Source of the DNA: Eledone cirrhosa
Lineage: Eukaryota
Reading direction: 5' to 3'
Assembly (NCBI GenBank): GCA_964016885.1
Contig: OZ024751.1
Location: forward strand, 24,056,001 to 24,120,000
Length of the DNA: 64,000 nt
In this document: one piece after another, positions 29,873 to 43,637 of the stretch
Layout: each line of letters begins with the position of its first letter
Position numbering within the stretch: the first letter of the stretch is position 1
Made by a program: the position numbers and the translations under genes
The notes under the pieces: generated by a model
What the model saw: only the letters and a program-made list of their open reading frames with translations
Databases searched by the model: none
Told to the model about the DNA's origin: nothing

Positions 29873-30106
29873 TATATATATATATATATATATAATGTAT
29901 ACAAATAGCCAGGATTAGATTACATTAAATTGTTTATTTGAATTATGAACATCAGTAAACCAATTAGATAATTTAAGGTAATTTAATCCTGGTTGATCTT
30001 ATACATTTTTCATATGTTCTGTGATATTGTGAAAGTACTGTGATTAGAAATTTACCTTCATTTATTCTTTGCCTTTATATTTTTGTGTTATTAACTTATC
30101 TAAACT

Positions 30107-30204
<98 letters not shown>

Positions 30205-30304
30205 GGTAATTGCAAAAGAAAATCAAAGGAGAAAAGAGTGCTCTGTGTATAGAACAGAGATATTTAATTAGAAAGTGAACAACACATGAGATTATCCGTA
30301 ACAT

Positions 30305-30372
30305 CTCCGTCTAACGACCGATCCAGGCGTATATTATTATCGTCTGGGATCCAGAAACCTTTGGTAATGGAG
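30305..30372 (+). ncRNA. Decayed hammerhead (G5A) in a foldback insertion spanning ~30203-30405
   Basis: CTCCGT-CTAACGA-long stem II-GAAA-CCTTTGG-TA-ATGGAG. Confidence 0.6.
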
Positions 30373-30399
30373 TAGTTATATTTTGTGTTGTTCACTTTC

Positions 30400-30431
<32 letters not shown>

Positions 30432-30437
<6 letters not shown>

Positions 30438-30548
30438 TAACAGATTAAAGTTTAAGCAAAGAATCACTGCTTTCACACTTAACGGGATCTTCTGAAACTA
30501 AAAAAGTCAATCTGTGAACGCAGAAGTAAATATTTCAAAAAACGTTTA
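30432..30548 (-). mobile_element. Family L copy with hammerhead-like motif at 30449-30499
   Basis: Near-identical to 23089-23200, with the same CAGAAGA core. Confidence 0.75.
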
Positions 30549-31796
30549 TTTATATATATATATATATATAATATCGCGGCAAAGTGACTAAAAGGATGGT
30601 TATCATACTTAAAACTATCGTGTAAGATTCCATATACAATCCTATCACTATGATAGTGCTAATACTACTACTTATAAATCCCATCAGGTTTTGCATTGTA
30701 TGCAAATGAACGCCATCTGAGGTATAAAAGCAAAAATATATAAGCAAAAAGATGTTATCAGCTTATTTTTGTTTCAACTGCAAGGGAGTTATCTTGCATT
30801 AATAAAGCTTGGTAAAGATTTCAAATCTATATGAACCCATATACAATTTCCCTCTGTATATTATACGTACTGAGGCTTGGTTGTGAATATTTATAGTTGT
30901 GCTCATATCAAGGTTGTCTTAAGTACCAGCTTGTTTTAAATAGTAGTATTTAGATATTCAGAAACGTTGAATACATTTACCTAGGGTATGTCTTCTAGGA
31001 AGGAAGTTTTGTTAGTTTGAATACAGCAGAGGAAACATTTAATTACATTTCAAGAATCAATTGTTAGATATACTAGTGTCACGCTAAGTTAGATTTATTG
31101 CTCTTTTTCATAAAAGTGTGTTTATATAACAAGTAAAGACAGGTTAAGAATTCTAGCTTCCTAACTGTTCGGTTTAATCCGCGGCTTTATACTATACGAC
31201 ACGCGGCGCCTAATGTGTCAGGAAAAGAAAGTGAATTAGAAACCACGTCATTGCGAAGCTAACTCCTTAAGTACACAGCCATGCCTAATCCTGTAATTTA
31301 CTGTCTTGAAGATGTATTCAGAGACAGGACCAGAATCGGTATTCTTTAAGAAACAGCGTTTGACAGCACGTGGACTAGACAAATACATCCCGAAGAAAAT
31401 AACTTTCAGGTATATTCTTCAAGAACCGTCTAAATATCGAAAGTGATATTCAATTGCTACTTAAACCATTGAATGACTACATTTACCTCGGTTCCAGATG
31501 ACAGGCATTAGATTTGATTTTTAAAATGTCATCAAATACATCTATGCCAATTAAATGGTAGTGTGTAACAATTTCTCTGCTACATCATTATGCTACTTCT
31601 AATTATTTAACGTGCAAAAAAACTTTGTATGAAAGGCCAGACAAACCCTGAGAGAATTTCATTGCACAAATATAAAACATGAAACAAATATAATATGTTG
31701 TTTATGAGGCAATGAAGCTACAGCATAGAAGTTAATTCTCTAATGAGATATTGGCTGTTAACATTAAATTAATATAAAACGCAACATTACGGAAAA

Positions 31797-32030
31797 TAAT
31801 TATTTCTACTTTTGGCACAACGTCAGCAATTATCCCGGTGCATTACTGGTTCTTTATTTTATCGACCCCGTAAGGATGCAAGGCAAAGTTAATCTCGGTG
31901 GGATTTGAACTCAGGCTGTAAAGGGACGTAACTCTAAGCTGCAAAGCATGGTGTCTGACCCTTTACCGATACTGCCAATCTACACTAGTAAAAAATAATG
32001 GCGTCAGACCCTCTACCGATACTGCCAATA
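31797..32030 (-). mobile_element. SINE, short subfamily, with duplicated head
   Basis: Same consensus as 38358-38542; the head segment is repeated at ~31998-32028. Confidence 0.85.
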
Positions 32031-33959
32031 TTGTTAACGTGCAGTTAGAAATTTTAGATACTGGCAAAGGTTGTGTGTTTAAATAGCTCTTCTGGGATCC
32101 GTTCCACAGACAGGTATTTTTGGTAATTAAATATTACAATAGTCACGCATTGACTAAAACATTTTTTGAGAGGAAATTTGATAGAGGACATCTGTACAAG
32201 GGCCCACCCGTCGTGTACATATATATACACATATATATATATATACATATATATATATGTGTGTGTGTGTGATATTGCTGAGGGAAGTTCCGTTCCATCT
32301 TCTTACTGTATTATTGTCTTCAATTTTTCTCTTGTTCTTTCTTCTTCGTTAATAAAAATAATGTTTATTCTTGTCATTATTTTTCAGTCATCAGAATGCT
32401 TTCATTATTGTGTACTTCTTTATTGTATACTTATGTTTCTCTCATTAAAATATTTAGAACGTAAAATTACAAATGTTGTAAAATGAAAACCATAGAAATA
32501 AAATAGCTATCAACATATCGGAAATGGTGAAAACACAACGGAATAAACTACAAATAGAAGACAAAATAAATGATAATTAGATAAATACAAAATTTGATTA
32601 AGACTCCATATAATTAATAATAGAAAATTCCGTACAACTGTCTATAACAATGTTCATTTGTGTGTCTAGACAATTTTAAATGGACAGTGAATTCAGAATT
32701 TCTGTTTGCAATTACTACAGTGCGTTATATTTTTTGAGTGGGCGTTGCTTAAGAATACCAATAATATTAAATCTTCATAGAAATTACGCGATGCGTATGA
32801 AGAAAAAAGACTGTATTTTGTCGATTTATTAGCAAAATGAAGCGGAAAACGGTGATTTAATGACGTGGTTAAATAGCACACATAGTAAACATTGGAAAAG
32901 AATCTATATTAAAAATAGATTGGAGATGAAAGGTTAAAAAGCTGCCTGTTATCCGGCAACATCCGGTATATTGATGTATATGCCAAAAATATAACAAGGA
33001 GAAAAAATTCGAAATTTGTCGACTGAAATATTGCTGGGAAATCAAGGCCGTATAAAATGGATTGATAAATGTGGTTTATACACAGTGGAGCAGAAAATGA
33101 TACATCAAATAAACTGTTAATACTCTGATATATGACAATTTATTTTACCATTTATGCTCTCTCTAAGTGGATATTGTATTAGACGCATTACTAGAACGTA
33201 GCTGCGCCGGTGGTCCTTTATGGTGAACTGATTATGCACGGTACTTAATACATTTTTTTTATTGTGAGAGGCAATGAGAATTTAATATGAAACAACAAAA
33301 CCATGCCAACCTCATGGGATTAATATTATATTATATCAATATTATATTATTATAGCAAAAGAGAGAATATAAATCTACTTTAATTAAGTATGACGATTTT
33401 TCAATAAATATATACCTCCCGAAAATATATACACACTTCAACAACATTCTAATAAATAGGTGTATATATTTTTGGGACACCTTGTATATATATATACATA
33501 TATATAAAAACATAATGAAAAAGATGTATGTATATAGTGTTTATTGAGATTGATTATTGAGAAACACAACATTCTTTCTCTCCCTTTGTTTATGAAGGTA
33601 CCCGGAAAATCCCCATATCTTGGGAACCCGTGGTCCGATTTACGCGACACTTGTGTTATTCCATTTGTATTCCCATTATAGGGGCAACATCCATTCAAAG
33701 TATTTTCCCATTAAGCGTCCTTTTGGCTGTATTACATTACAGACAAGCAAGCAATCAATCACAGAGTTTTAATAGTATATAGATGTTTGTACGTCCTCAG
33801 CAGAGTTTAATAGTTCGTCTAGATGACAGGACTAACTGAAAGTCTTGAGAATCACGCCATCCCATATATGTTTTATAATTCTTAATTATTTGTCGAGTAA
33901 AACGAAACCTAATTGCAATATTGGTATAGTAATGGATTGTGTATAATGAATTACATTAA

Positions 33960-33981
33960 TTTTTATTTTTATTCATTACAG
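33960..33981 (+). promoter_or_regulatory. Probable 3' splice acceptor upstream of the GPCR coding exon
   Basis: T-rich tract ending ...ATTACAG, 36 bp before the ATG. Confidence 0.5.
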
Positions 33982-34017
33982 CTACGTCGTTAATGAACAT
34001 TCAACTGGAAATTTACA

Positions 34018-35004
34018 ATGAATCTCTCAACCAAATATGCAATGGAACCAGACGAGTTCGGGAAAATCACGATGTTTTTGCGACAATATTTCATGCCTTC
34101 TGTGATTTTATTCGGTATAACGGCCAACAGTCTATCCGCCATATTGTTCAAGAGGTTTTACAGCAAAGAAAGCAAAATTGCTCCGTTGTTAATGGCCATT
34201 GCTATTGTTGATACAATATACTTGTTTAGTATTCTTCTAACATGGATGGAATCCCTCTCATTAGACATCTACGAAGCCCCGGGTCTGTGTCAGATTCAAG
34301 TGTTCTGCAGTCATTACTTTGTTTTTCTATCATTTTGGTATTTGGCTTGGATTGTATTTTTGATCATTTTCTCCTCACTTGCGCCAAACAAATACCATTC
34401 CATGCGTTCATCTGGAACGATTACACTTTGTTTCGTCGGAATAACTATTTTCGCATTTACAGGATACTTATATAAAACCTGGACATACGGCTTAACCGAG
34501 ATGTATGGTACCAAAATTTGTATTATAATCACAGGAAGTGATTCAGCGCATCTTATAATAGGACTTCTTGATGCAGTTTTCATGTCTATATTTCCTTCGG
34601 CAGTTTTTCTTATTTTCCACTTCATGTTGCTTCTGCGTTGCATACGCTTACCTATTTACTCAAGAGATTCAAGCAATAGCAATCACTTAACTAATGGGTC
34701 TGAGGAATACAGACTCGTTCTAGCCCTCACTATTTTATACTACATTTTTACATTTCCCAACATTTTCCCAAATATCTACAGTTTCACTCATAGTATATAT
34801 ATGCAAAGATTAGCCCCATTATTCAATATTTTCCAACATTTGTTCAATGCATATTTTGCGCTGAAACCGATATTATATGTATTTTTGTCATCCAGCTATC
34901 GACAAGCGTTTGTTAATTGCCTCAAGTCTTTGTGCCGAAGTATTTCGTGCCAATCGAGTAAAACACGTGTAATTGCTGTTCCAACGGAAGAAACAACAGT
35001 CTAA
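34018..35004 (+). CDS. Rhodopsin-like (class A) orphan GPCR, peptide-receptor-like, single coding exon, 328 aa
   Basis: Seven hydrophobic segments; TM1 GITAN, TM2 AIVD, Cys at the top of TM3 and in ECL2, Pro in TM5 and TM6, TM7 KPILY, helix 8 SSSYRQAF. Uninterrupted, non-repetitive ORF. Confidence 0.88.
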   Translation: MNLSTKYAMEPDEFGKITMFLRQYFMPSVILFGITANSLSAILFKRFYSKESKIAPLLMAIAIVDTIYLFSILLTWMESLSLDIYEAPGLCQIQVFCSHYFVFLSFWYLAWIVFLIIFSSLAPNKYHSMRSSGTITLCFVGITIFAFTGYLYKTWTYGLTEMYGTKICIIITGSDSAHLIIGLLDAVFMSIFPSAVFLIFHFMLLLRCIRLPIYSRDSSNSNHLTNGSEEYRLVLALTILYYIFTFPNIFPNIYSFTHSIYMQRLAPLFNIFQHLFNAYFALKPILYVFLSSSYRQAFVNCLKSLCRSISCQSSKTRVIAVPTEETTV

Positions 35005-37209
35005 AGTAAAAGAGAATTACTGCAAGATGTATCCCAATTATTGACTCAAAAGATCTTATCCAATGTATTTGATATCTCCCCTCAGATGGCCGTAATGTAA
35101 AAAGAAACTGGAATTAAAATTAGTTCATCCATCCGTGGAGCAAAACGAAATCACCGAATCTTCAGAATGTTCACACGGCATGATTAAGTGTAACAAAAGG
35201 GACATAGACATAACAAAGTATTATTGGATTAGTAGTTTAATATTAAATTGAAAGTACTTATTTTTGAAGAAATCATCATAATTCTTTAATGACTGCTAAA
35301 GAAATTTGTAGTGAAATACGAAATACAAGTGTTCCGAAATATTACCCACGGTAGGATGTCTATAAAATACAAGGGTTGCGAAATACGCTCAGACGGCTGT
35401 GTATAAAATACAAGGGTTTCAAAATATTATACCTGGACTGATGTGTATATAATACAATGTAAAAATACATTTATCTGTATTTGTTATATTTATTTTTGTG
35501 AAAACATCATCGAACATTGAACTCTATAGAAACATATGATTCACCTTCCATAATTAACAAAAGGGATTGAATTTTAAAACGATAAGACCTTCTTTTGCCA
35601 TCTCATATCACCAATCTATTATTGCTTTATTCTATGAATCTACAAATTTTAACTAAATTCCCTTTATCAAAATTATATCAATATTTTAGATTTTCTGGTA
35701 TCGATAATCGTTTTCCCTGAATTATCGGGAAACGTTCTTTGTTTATTTTTACTCTTGATCTTTATTCTAGTGTTTTTGCTATTTCAACGTAAAGAATATT
35801 TTACAGAATTGTATTTAATCTGGTATCAACGTATTAAGTACATAAATATCTTTTACAAAATCATTGACTGCTTAAGCAGGATAATGATATTCAATCTTAA
35901 TGCTTTTGTTACTATATTTTCAATGAAATACTCTGCTTATATATTTCAAGGTATTCAGAAAACAATCAAGAATTTGGAAGTATTTAGTAGAATAACTGTT
36001 CTTTTTATATTAATCAGCTGATACATATTTGAAACATGAGTAAATGTTTTCGCATACAATTTTAAAGGGAGCATTTTTCTATAAATATGAACACTTTAAA
36101 ACAAGCAGGTTTCTGTCATATAACAATCAGGTGGCGTGGGAGGAGTTTTATGTGGTTTGGTATCAAAAGGGTTAATATTAATTTCAGTGTGGTGATTTAG
36201 CAACTAACGCATTGTTGAATAGGAGATATAAATTTCAATAAGTTTAAAAGCCATACAATGCATTGAAAAATTAAAGGTGCCAAGATAGCGATAGAATTTT
36301 ACCGTAGCAAATTTTATTATCCCAGATATTGGGGTTTAAAAACCCATTATCAAGGAAGGGTCCGTGTGAAGGTGTTAAGGGACCAGTCGGGGAGGGGGGA
36401 GTTGTTTATATATATATATATAAATATATATACAAGCAAGATGCAGTAAAAGGATTTATGTTGGTCAAGTGTAATATCTAGAAGCTACAGCCACCACTTG
36501 CAATAGAATGCTTTTATTAAAGGTGTTAGGTGGGAGCAAACAGAGATACCGTTGAGAGCCTTTTTTCTTATATCCAACAGAACAAACAGGATGGGATAAC
36601 TGGAAGAAGAGACGGTTGCTCCATAATTGGACAGGTATTTACTTTATCGACACCCGAAGGAATGAAAGGCAAAGTGGAGCCGTCCGGATTGGACCTAACA
36701 ACGCATAATCCAACACACTAGCAAATCTGCAAATGTGAAGCTTGGTTCCAATGTTATAAACCAATAACCAAATTGAGTTATATTCAGGACTAGATTATTT
36801 CCCGAAGAAATATATTCCTTTTTTTTATGAATCTTTTCTTTTGCTTTTTTCAGTTATTAAATTGCAACCATGCTAGGGCACCGCCGTGATGTAGTCGATT
36901 ATATCAATCCAGTATTTTATTTTTCAAGTCTAGTACTTATATCATCGATCTCGTTTTTGTAGAACTTCTAAATTACGGTACAAATAAAAACTGACAGAGA
37001 AAAAATAAAAACGTAAATATGAACACATGTACATACACATGTCCATACACATATACGACGAACCACTCACAAGACACATGCCCAATGTGTCTCTCACTAT
37101 TCCTTCTTTTTATTTTTACTTGAATTTGTTTAAAGTATTTTCGTATGTTTTTTTAACGAAGACAATGAATGAGATAAGAATAATTTCATTAAAGACAGCT
37201 TAATAGTAA

Positions 37210-37425
37210 CATATTTGTTTCTAATTTAAGCAGAAATCTAACAATTTGGCTGAATAGGTAGGTCGATTATATCGACCCCAGTATTTGACTGGTACTTTAA
37301 TTTATCGATCTCGGAATTTTAAAAGGCAAGGTTGATCTCGGTGGAGTTTGAAATCAGAAGGATTTTAATGAGTCCTAATTAAATACAACAAAGCGTTTTG
37401 ACGACGCTCTATCAATTCTCCCAAA
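37210..37425 (-). mobile_element. Diverged SINE copy
   Basis: CTGGTACTT...TTTATCGA...AAAGGCAAGGTTGA...TTTGAA central domain. Confidence 0.7.
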
Positions 37426-38357
37426 TTGTTTAACAGGACTCGACAGCAAGATTCCAATTCCAGAATGGTACACCGAATGGTACTCTCAATGGTACTATGG
37501 CGATATAAATTAAGAAATGAGTTGTTATTTTATCCATAAAGATGTTTATGATATCCTTTGCATGTATTTTTTATCATTTATTGATATTATAAAATTACAA
37601 AAATAATTAAATTCCATTAATTTTTTACTATTCAATTTTCTATTATTAAAATTCTATATTCCATAAATTAATATGACGTTGCTTGCAAATTAACATTCAC
37701 ATACAAATCTGACTATGAATCAAAATTATATTACCTGCTTCATTTGTAAAGATGACACATGAAGCGTTGATGTCTTGTGGAGTAATTGTGGTGATTTAAC
37801 CACCCGAAGGACAATTATTAATAGGCAATTTCAATGCCAAGAGTTAGATTCAACATTTACGACGTATTTTTCATTGTTTCAATGATATGCATGAGTTAAG
37901 CTATATTGGAATATATATTTTATGACATATGTTACATTGATGAAAGTGTTTCATAAGTTAAGGCCGAAACACTTTCTTGAAGAGGAGTTTCCTCTTCTAA
38001 GACCTTCTGCTGTCCAGCTCTCTTGAGAGCTTCTTACCACAGTTGAGCTACAAGGATCGGCTGACACTTTCATTGGCTAACCAAGATATTCTCACGGATT
38101 AAACAAATAAGGTTTATTTATCAACATAGTCCCTGGACCAAACAAGGCAGTTATTAATAAGAAGAGTTGAAATTAATACATACAAGATTTTACAGCTCTA
38201 GAATCATTCATTCGTGGTCATCCTATGAACCTTTCAGCCGGCCCTCGTATATTAGAATATATACCTACCATGTATTACTTAAGTATATATCAACATACTG
38301 GTGCAAGTAAAATGGTCAATAATGTGATATCTCTGAAGTAATAGATCCTCGAACTGA

Positions 38358-38542
38358 TAATTGTTTCTACTTTAGGCACAAGGCCAGCAATTACCCAGTG
38401 CATTACTGGTACTTTATTTTATCGACCCCGTAAGGATGAAAGGCAAAGTCAACCTCGGCGGGATTTGAACTCAGATCGTAAAGGGACGTAACTATGCTGG
38501 AAAGCATGGCGTCCGACACTCTACCGATACTGCCAATCCACC
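38358..38542 (-). mobile_element. SINE, short subfamily
   Basis: Full-length match to the family consensus. Confidence 0.87.
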
Positions 38543-39760
38543 ATGAACTGATAATGTTTCTCAGACAAACTCAGACGAAGTCATCACACCTGACAAGGTA
38601 GCCATGCCAGGATGAATTGTGGATACATCGTATACCGCTGCTTGTTCCCCGTGGAAATACGTTCGCCATTTTGTCCGCGGTGCACAGCTGAGGTATACCG
38701 TCCAGCCAAGAATGTAGATTTTACCCCTCACTACTCCCTTTTTACATTTTTTTTTATTTACTTTTCTTTTTGTCTCTGTTATTTTGAAATTATTTCGAAC
38801 TTTGAAATAAATAAAATATAGTTGTTGAAGAGAAGATATTAGGAAAAATGAAAACAAAATGACTACTGACCTCCTCATCCTCATACTTCCCCCATGCTCC
38901 TCCTCCTTCTTATTCTTCTTCGCTCACTTATTCCTGGGAAGGTCGGACAGAGTCCTCAAGCATGCTTTCCAGGGGGTACTCTCAGAAGCAACCAATTCCT
39001 GTTGAACTGGCTAGTTTCACAAGCGAGACCAATCGAGCTTATGGATGCACATACAGCATCGTGCGCTTGTTGATCTACGTCTGGTTTACATGCCAGTTGG
39101 ATTACCCCTTAATATATGTCTAGTAATAATATCCTCGCATATTTTAACCCCATGTCCTAAATATCGGAGTTAGGATCTCCTGATATGGAAAAGTAGCGGC
39201 TGAACCTGGAGCAACAGTTCTCGAGGAATTTATTTGTAAAGATACGTGGCCTAGTAGTTATGCTTTTGGGCTTATGATCATTAGGTTATTGGTATAATTC
39301 CCGGAACACGTGTTACGTTGTATTCTTGAGAAATGTGCTTCACTCCAAATTCGATTTTTATGATATGACCGGAGCTCATATAATTAAAATACACACGAAA
39401 CTTTTCATATGATCTAACTTACTATGAGGCCAAATAAATTTGCTTAGTTTTGAACGGTAAATTCCATCGAGATAAAATTAGTATATTTTATATTCTGGCA
39501 TCTGTCTTGTTAGTACACAGTTTCAGGTTTACGTACATTTGGAGTCTCCAAGATCAAAGAATATATAGGATCATTAATAAGTGTATACTAAAGCTCAGAA
39601 CAACTGTTCAGGATGAAATTTGAAATACGTTCCCATATTTGAAATATTTACTCCGTTAACTGTGTGTCTGGTCTAGGAAAGTTTCAGCTTATCTTTCGAC
39701 ATATCCTTTGGAGAAAGATGGTAAAAAATCAATTAATAATATTGAATTGTTAGATAACAC

Positions 39761-39841
<81 letters not shown>

Positions 39842-39872
39842 TATATATATATACACATATATATATATATAT

Positions 39873-39935
39873 AAGATCCCGTTAAGGGTGAAAGCAGCGA
39901 TTCTTTGCTTAAACTTTAATCTGTTATTTTAATAA
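39873..39935 (+). mobile_element. Family L fragment truncated inside the hammerhead core
   Basis: AGA-TCCCGTTAAGGGT-GAAAGCAGCGATTCTTTGCTTAAACT between (TA)n runs. Confidence 0.75.
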
Positions 39936-39974
39936 ATATATATATATATATATATACATATATATACATATATA

Positions 39975-40019
<45 letters not shown>

Positions 40020-40024
40020 ATATA

Positions 40025-40155
40025 TCAATGATATTAATAAATGGAAACTATATCTATAAATATAGTTTACATTTATTAATATTATTGATATTATACTCCA
40101 GAAAATCTGTCGAGTGCTTCGAATCAGTTATAAATATATATATTTGTTGAATTAC

Positions 40156-40160
<5 letters not shown>
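40025..40160 (+). mobile_element. Family C truncated copy with short inversion
   Basis: Matches the 12650-12750 tail, with a foldback at 40026-40088. Confidence 0.65.
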
Positions 40161-40224
<64 letters not shown>

Positions 40225-41729
40225 ATGTGTGTGTATATATATATATATATATATGTTTGTGTGTGCGTATGTGTGTGTTTATCTGTGTGTGTGTGTAACA
40301 ACTCAATTCGATAATAATATAAAGAAACTACAGGATATAAGCAAGGTCTATTTACAGTTGTGAAAATTTGAGAAAACCTATTTCGCCGGAATGAATGAAA
40401 TTAAGTTCCATTGCTCACAGCTCTCAGTATAATTTCCATTGAGGTTTTCACGTATTTCTTTCCTTGCAGCTTCACATAATAAATATGAATATAACTACAT
40501 TAATATACTGCATTCGGTTCATTGAATCAACTATAACATATTTTTTAATATAATGTAGTTCCTTGCTTAATCCCACGAAATACGTTTCTGTATTGTTAGT
40601 TACGGAATGATAATAAATCTATTTTAGGAAGTAAAATGACGCATAAGAAAATGTTACATGTTTCACATTATAATTAAAAACTCATCGAATAATAGAGATC
40701 GTCTTTATCTTCGAAAAACAAATCATATTTTGATATTTTTCACCATATTCTTTTTTTTTTTTTTCATTAAATATTGTTTAAGTTAAAAAGTAATGTCCAT
40801 ATCAGTGATTCGGCATTCTCTTATGGCTTTCGAGTAAATTCGTGAGCCGAGAAAGAATGCGGTGTCTTTAGTTGTTAGCCAGGCCCAAGACAGGATGGGA
40901 TGGGTGCTGAGTACGGTGTTATGGAATTCGGCCTCTCCGTAGCTGACGTTTGTCATCTGAGACTTGGATGGATGAATACCAAGTTCGATGAGCTTTAGAG
41001 ATGGGATGATTTGCCGAATGTACTCAACTGCCGTCTCAGACGGACCACTTCGGCAAAGTCTTTCTAAAGTATGTTTATGGCGTATTTTTGTTTTCGCTAC
41101 TTTTTTTCTAAGAAGAGAAATATTTCTCGTAATATTATATTGTAATCTATACTTTATTAAGTATAGCAACGACGTATATCATATAAATGTATTTTATATT
41201 TTCTTTATGTATTCTAACAATGCTATTATCAGTATTTAATATTTTATTGAACAAATTACTCGGTTAGCCAATATTGAGACTGTTATATGTATCTGACCAC
41301 TGATTCAGAAATCAGTCTCTCTCTCTCTGACATAAGCACACACACACACACACTCAAACATTCATACCCCCATAAATACGCACACATATACATGTGTACA
41401 GACTGTTCTGAACTGCCTGCTGTTGAACATCATCTGGTCTGCCAGCATTGTGATCGAGTCTGCCTGAATAAAGCTGTTTGACTAGACACGAACAAAGTCA
41501 TATCAGTAGACCCCAGAGTCATTATGACCTCAGAGTCATTATAACGTCAGTTAGAATGCTTAACTGTATTTATTCTGGCTCTCTGTATGTTTTGTCTGAA
41601 TTGAAATCACGTCAAGGTCGACTTGGCGATCATAATTTCAAGGTCGAATAATAGAATACCTCAATAGTAGTGGGATAGATTTTTCTACTATATCTTTTTC
41701 TAACTTCCTTTATCTTTCTCTTTCTCACT

Positions 41730-41795
<66 letters not shown>

Positions 41796-41869
41796 CTCCC
41801 CCATCTCTCTCTCTCTCGCTCTCTCTCTCACTCGCTCTCTCTCTCTCTCTTTCTCTCTGTCTCTCTCTC

Positions 41870-41910
<41 letters not shown>

Positions 41911-42732
41911 GCCTACGTAGACTTCTCGCATACCACCTCACTACTTAATGTACTATCGAAGCAGAGTTATCCACCCGCAGGAGTGAGCCACGAAAGTTAG
42001 AATGGTTATTGATATCCTTCGAAGTAACGCATCCTCCATTCTGTCTGCTGTGACCTCAATGCGTCCTGTTCCTGGAGTTCTACACCCCAAAGAGGGTTCT
42101 TTCAGACTGAAGATTCTGTGTCCTAAACTTACCTAATCTTACCCCGCACTGTGTTCCTGACCAAATATGCATAGTGTTTAAATAAGTCTTTATACCATGT
42201 TGCGAGATGACTGAAAATTAAGAATTTCGAAAATTACGAACATTACGATGCTGGAATTGTCTGTAAAATGAGTAAAATAAATAAGTTACGTTAACCAAAC
42301 AGCAGGAGTTAAAAGATGAACCACCAAAACAACAACAACAACAAAAAAGCATAAGACAGGACTCAGCTGAAGTATGTTATATTTTCACCTCCATTGTTGT
42401 TTCACTCATTTTTTCCTTCCCATTGAATGATTTCTTAATCTTAAATAATCATACCACTGACAACTGAATGAAACCACCAGGAATATTGAGACGAGTTAAT
42501 CGATTGACTGTCCAATCACTTTTAAAATGATCGAAATGTATTAAAACCGATGAATAATTTACGGGAAATTCTTTAATTAATATAATACAGAATAAAGTTG
42601 ATTCGGTCACGTTGAAATAATAAAATTCATTTAAAACCATACAGCCTTTGTTTGTTTAAGTTAATATTGTTTTCATTATTATTATTATTTGGGGCGGTGG
42701 ATTGGCAGTATCTGCTGGCCTTGTGCCTAAAG

Positions 42733-43020
42733 TAGAAACAGTCCTGCACGCACTCGTCCAGTGTCCGAGCATTGCTGACTTGTGGGTTTATGCCGAACAC
42801 CTGCTCTCACGTGTAAAACGCATCCGGCTAACAGTTGAGTCCACCGTGAAAATTGCCCCGCCGCCTTCCTTTAGCCGAGATGGGCAGGGAGGTTTTATCT
42901 GCCTAGTGGCCATGGTAAAAGAGATTGTATGGTGGTTGAAGACGAGTACTTTCCTCTTCGGTGACGCCCTCATTAACTTTTTCAGGTTTCACCTGAAAAG
43001 GAAAGTCGGGGTGGAGAGGG
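42733..43020 (+). mobile_element. Tx1/L1-clade LINE ORF2 C-terminal fragment
   Basis: ETVLHALVQCP zinc-knuckle end; homologous to 45215-45410. Confidence 0.7.
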
Positions 43021-43637
43021 AAAGAAATGAAAAAAGGGTAAAGGCTACTGCAAAGAGAATTACAGCAGCAACACCGCCAACACCATCACCACCCACACTA
43101 ACACCACCATCACCACCGGCGGCAACCCCACCTCAAACAACAACAACACCTTCAACACCACCACCACAAGCACCAACAACGCAAACACAACAAAACACAC
43201 ACACTCCAGCCAGCAACAACGACAAGAAAATAGCAGAGCCACACCACACCCCCAGAAAAACAAATGCACAGCAATAAATAAACACAAGAAACTAATGACT
43301 TACATAATTGAACACACAGACATTTCACAGCACGACTACATAATACCAGCACCAATTAAAACACCAACGAACATAAGACTGGTAAGAATAGCACAGAAAC
43401 AATACACAAACATTAAAACGAAATTCCCCAACGCAGTTGGTGATTTCAGAGACCTAGGAGGGTCACTCAACCGGAGAGTATATTCGGATATACTCACAGA
43501 AGAGCCGACGACCAGCCAAAGGGACGATTCAACGGTCCCTTCACCAGACGATCAAGTGAAAAGGGATGGAGAAACCATCCTTCCTCTACGAGAAGTAAGG
43601 TAAGTGGTCATTCCCATCTTTTCCACTCCATTTCAAC

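Noticed and set aside
33418-33488. Tc1/mariner-like terminus (TACAAGGTGTCCCAAAA, minus strand)
   Set aside because: Only one clear end was found, too little to call an element.
34314-34643. Antisense and alternative-frame ORFs within the GPCR
   Set aside because: Shadows of the real CDS with no independent features.
40783-41169. 128-aa minus-strand ORF over a moderately GC-rich patch
   Set aside because: Non-ATG start and no recognisable domain. It may be TE debris or an exon but cannot be supported.
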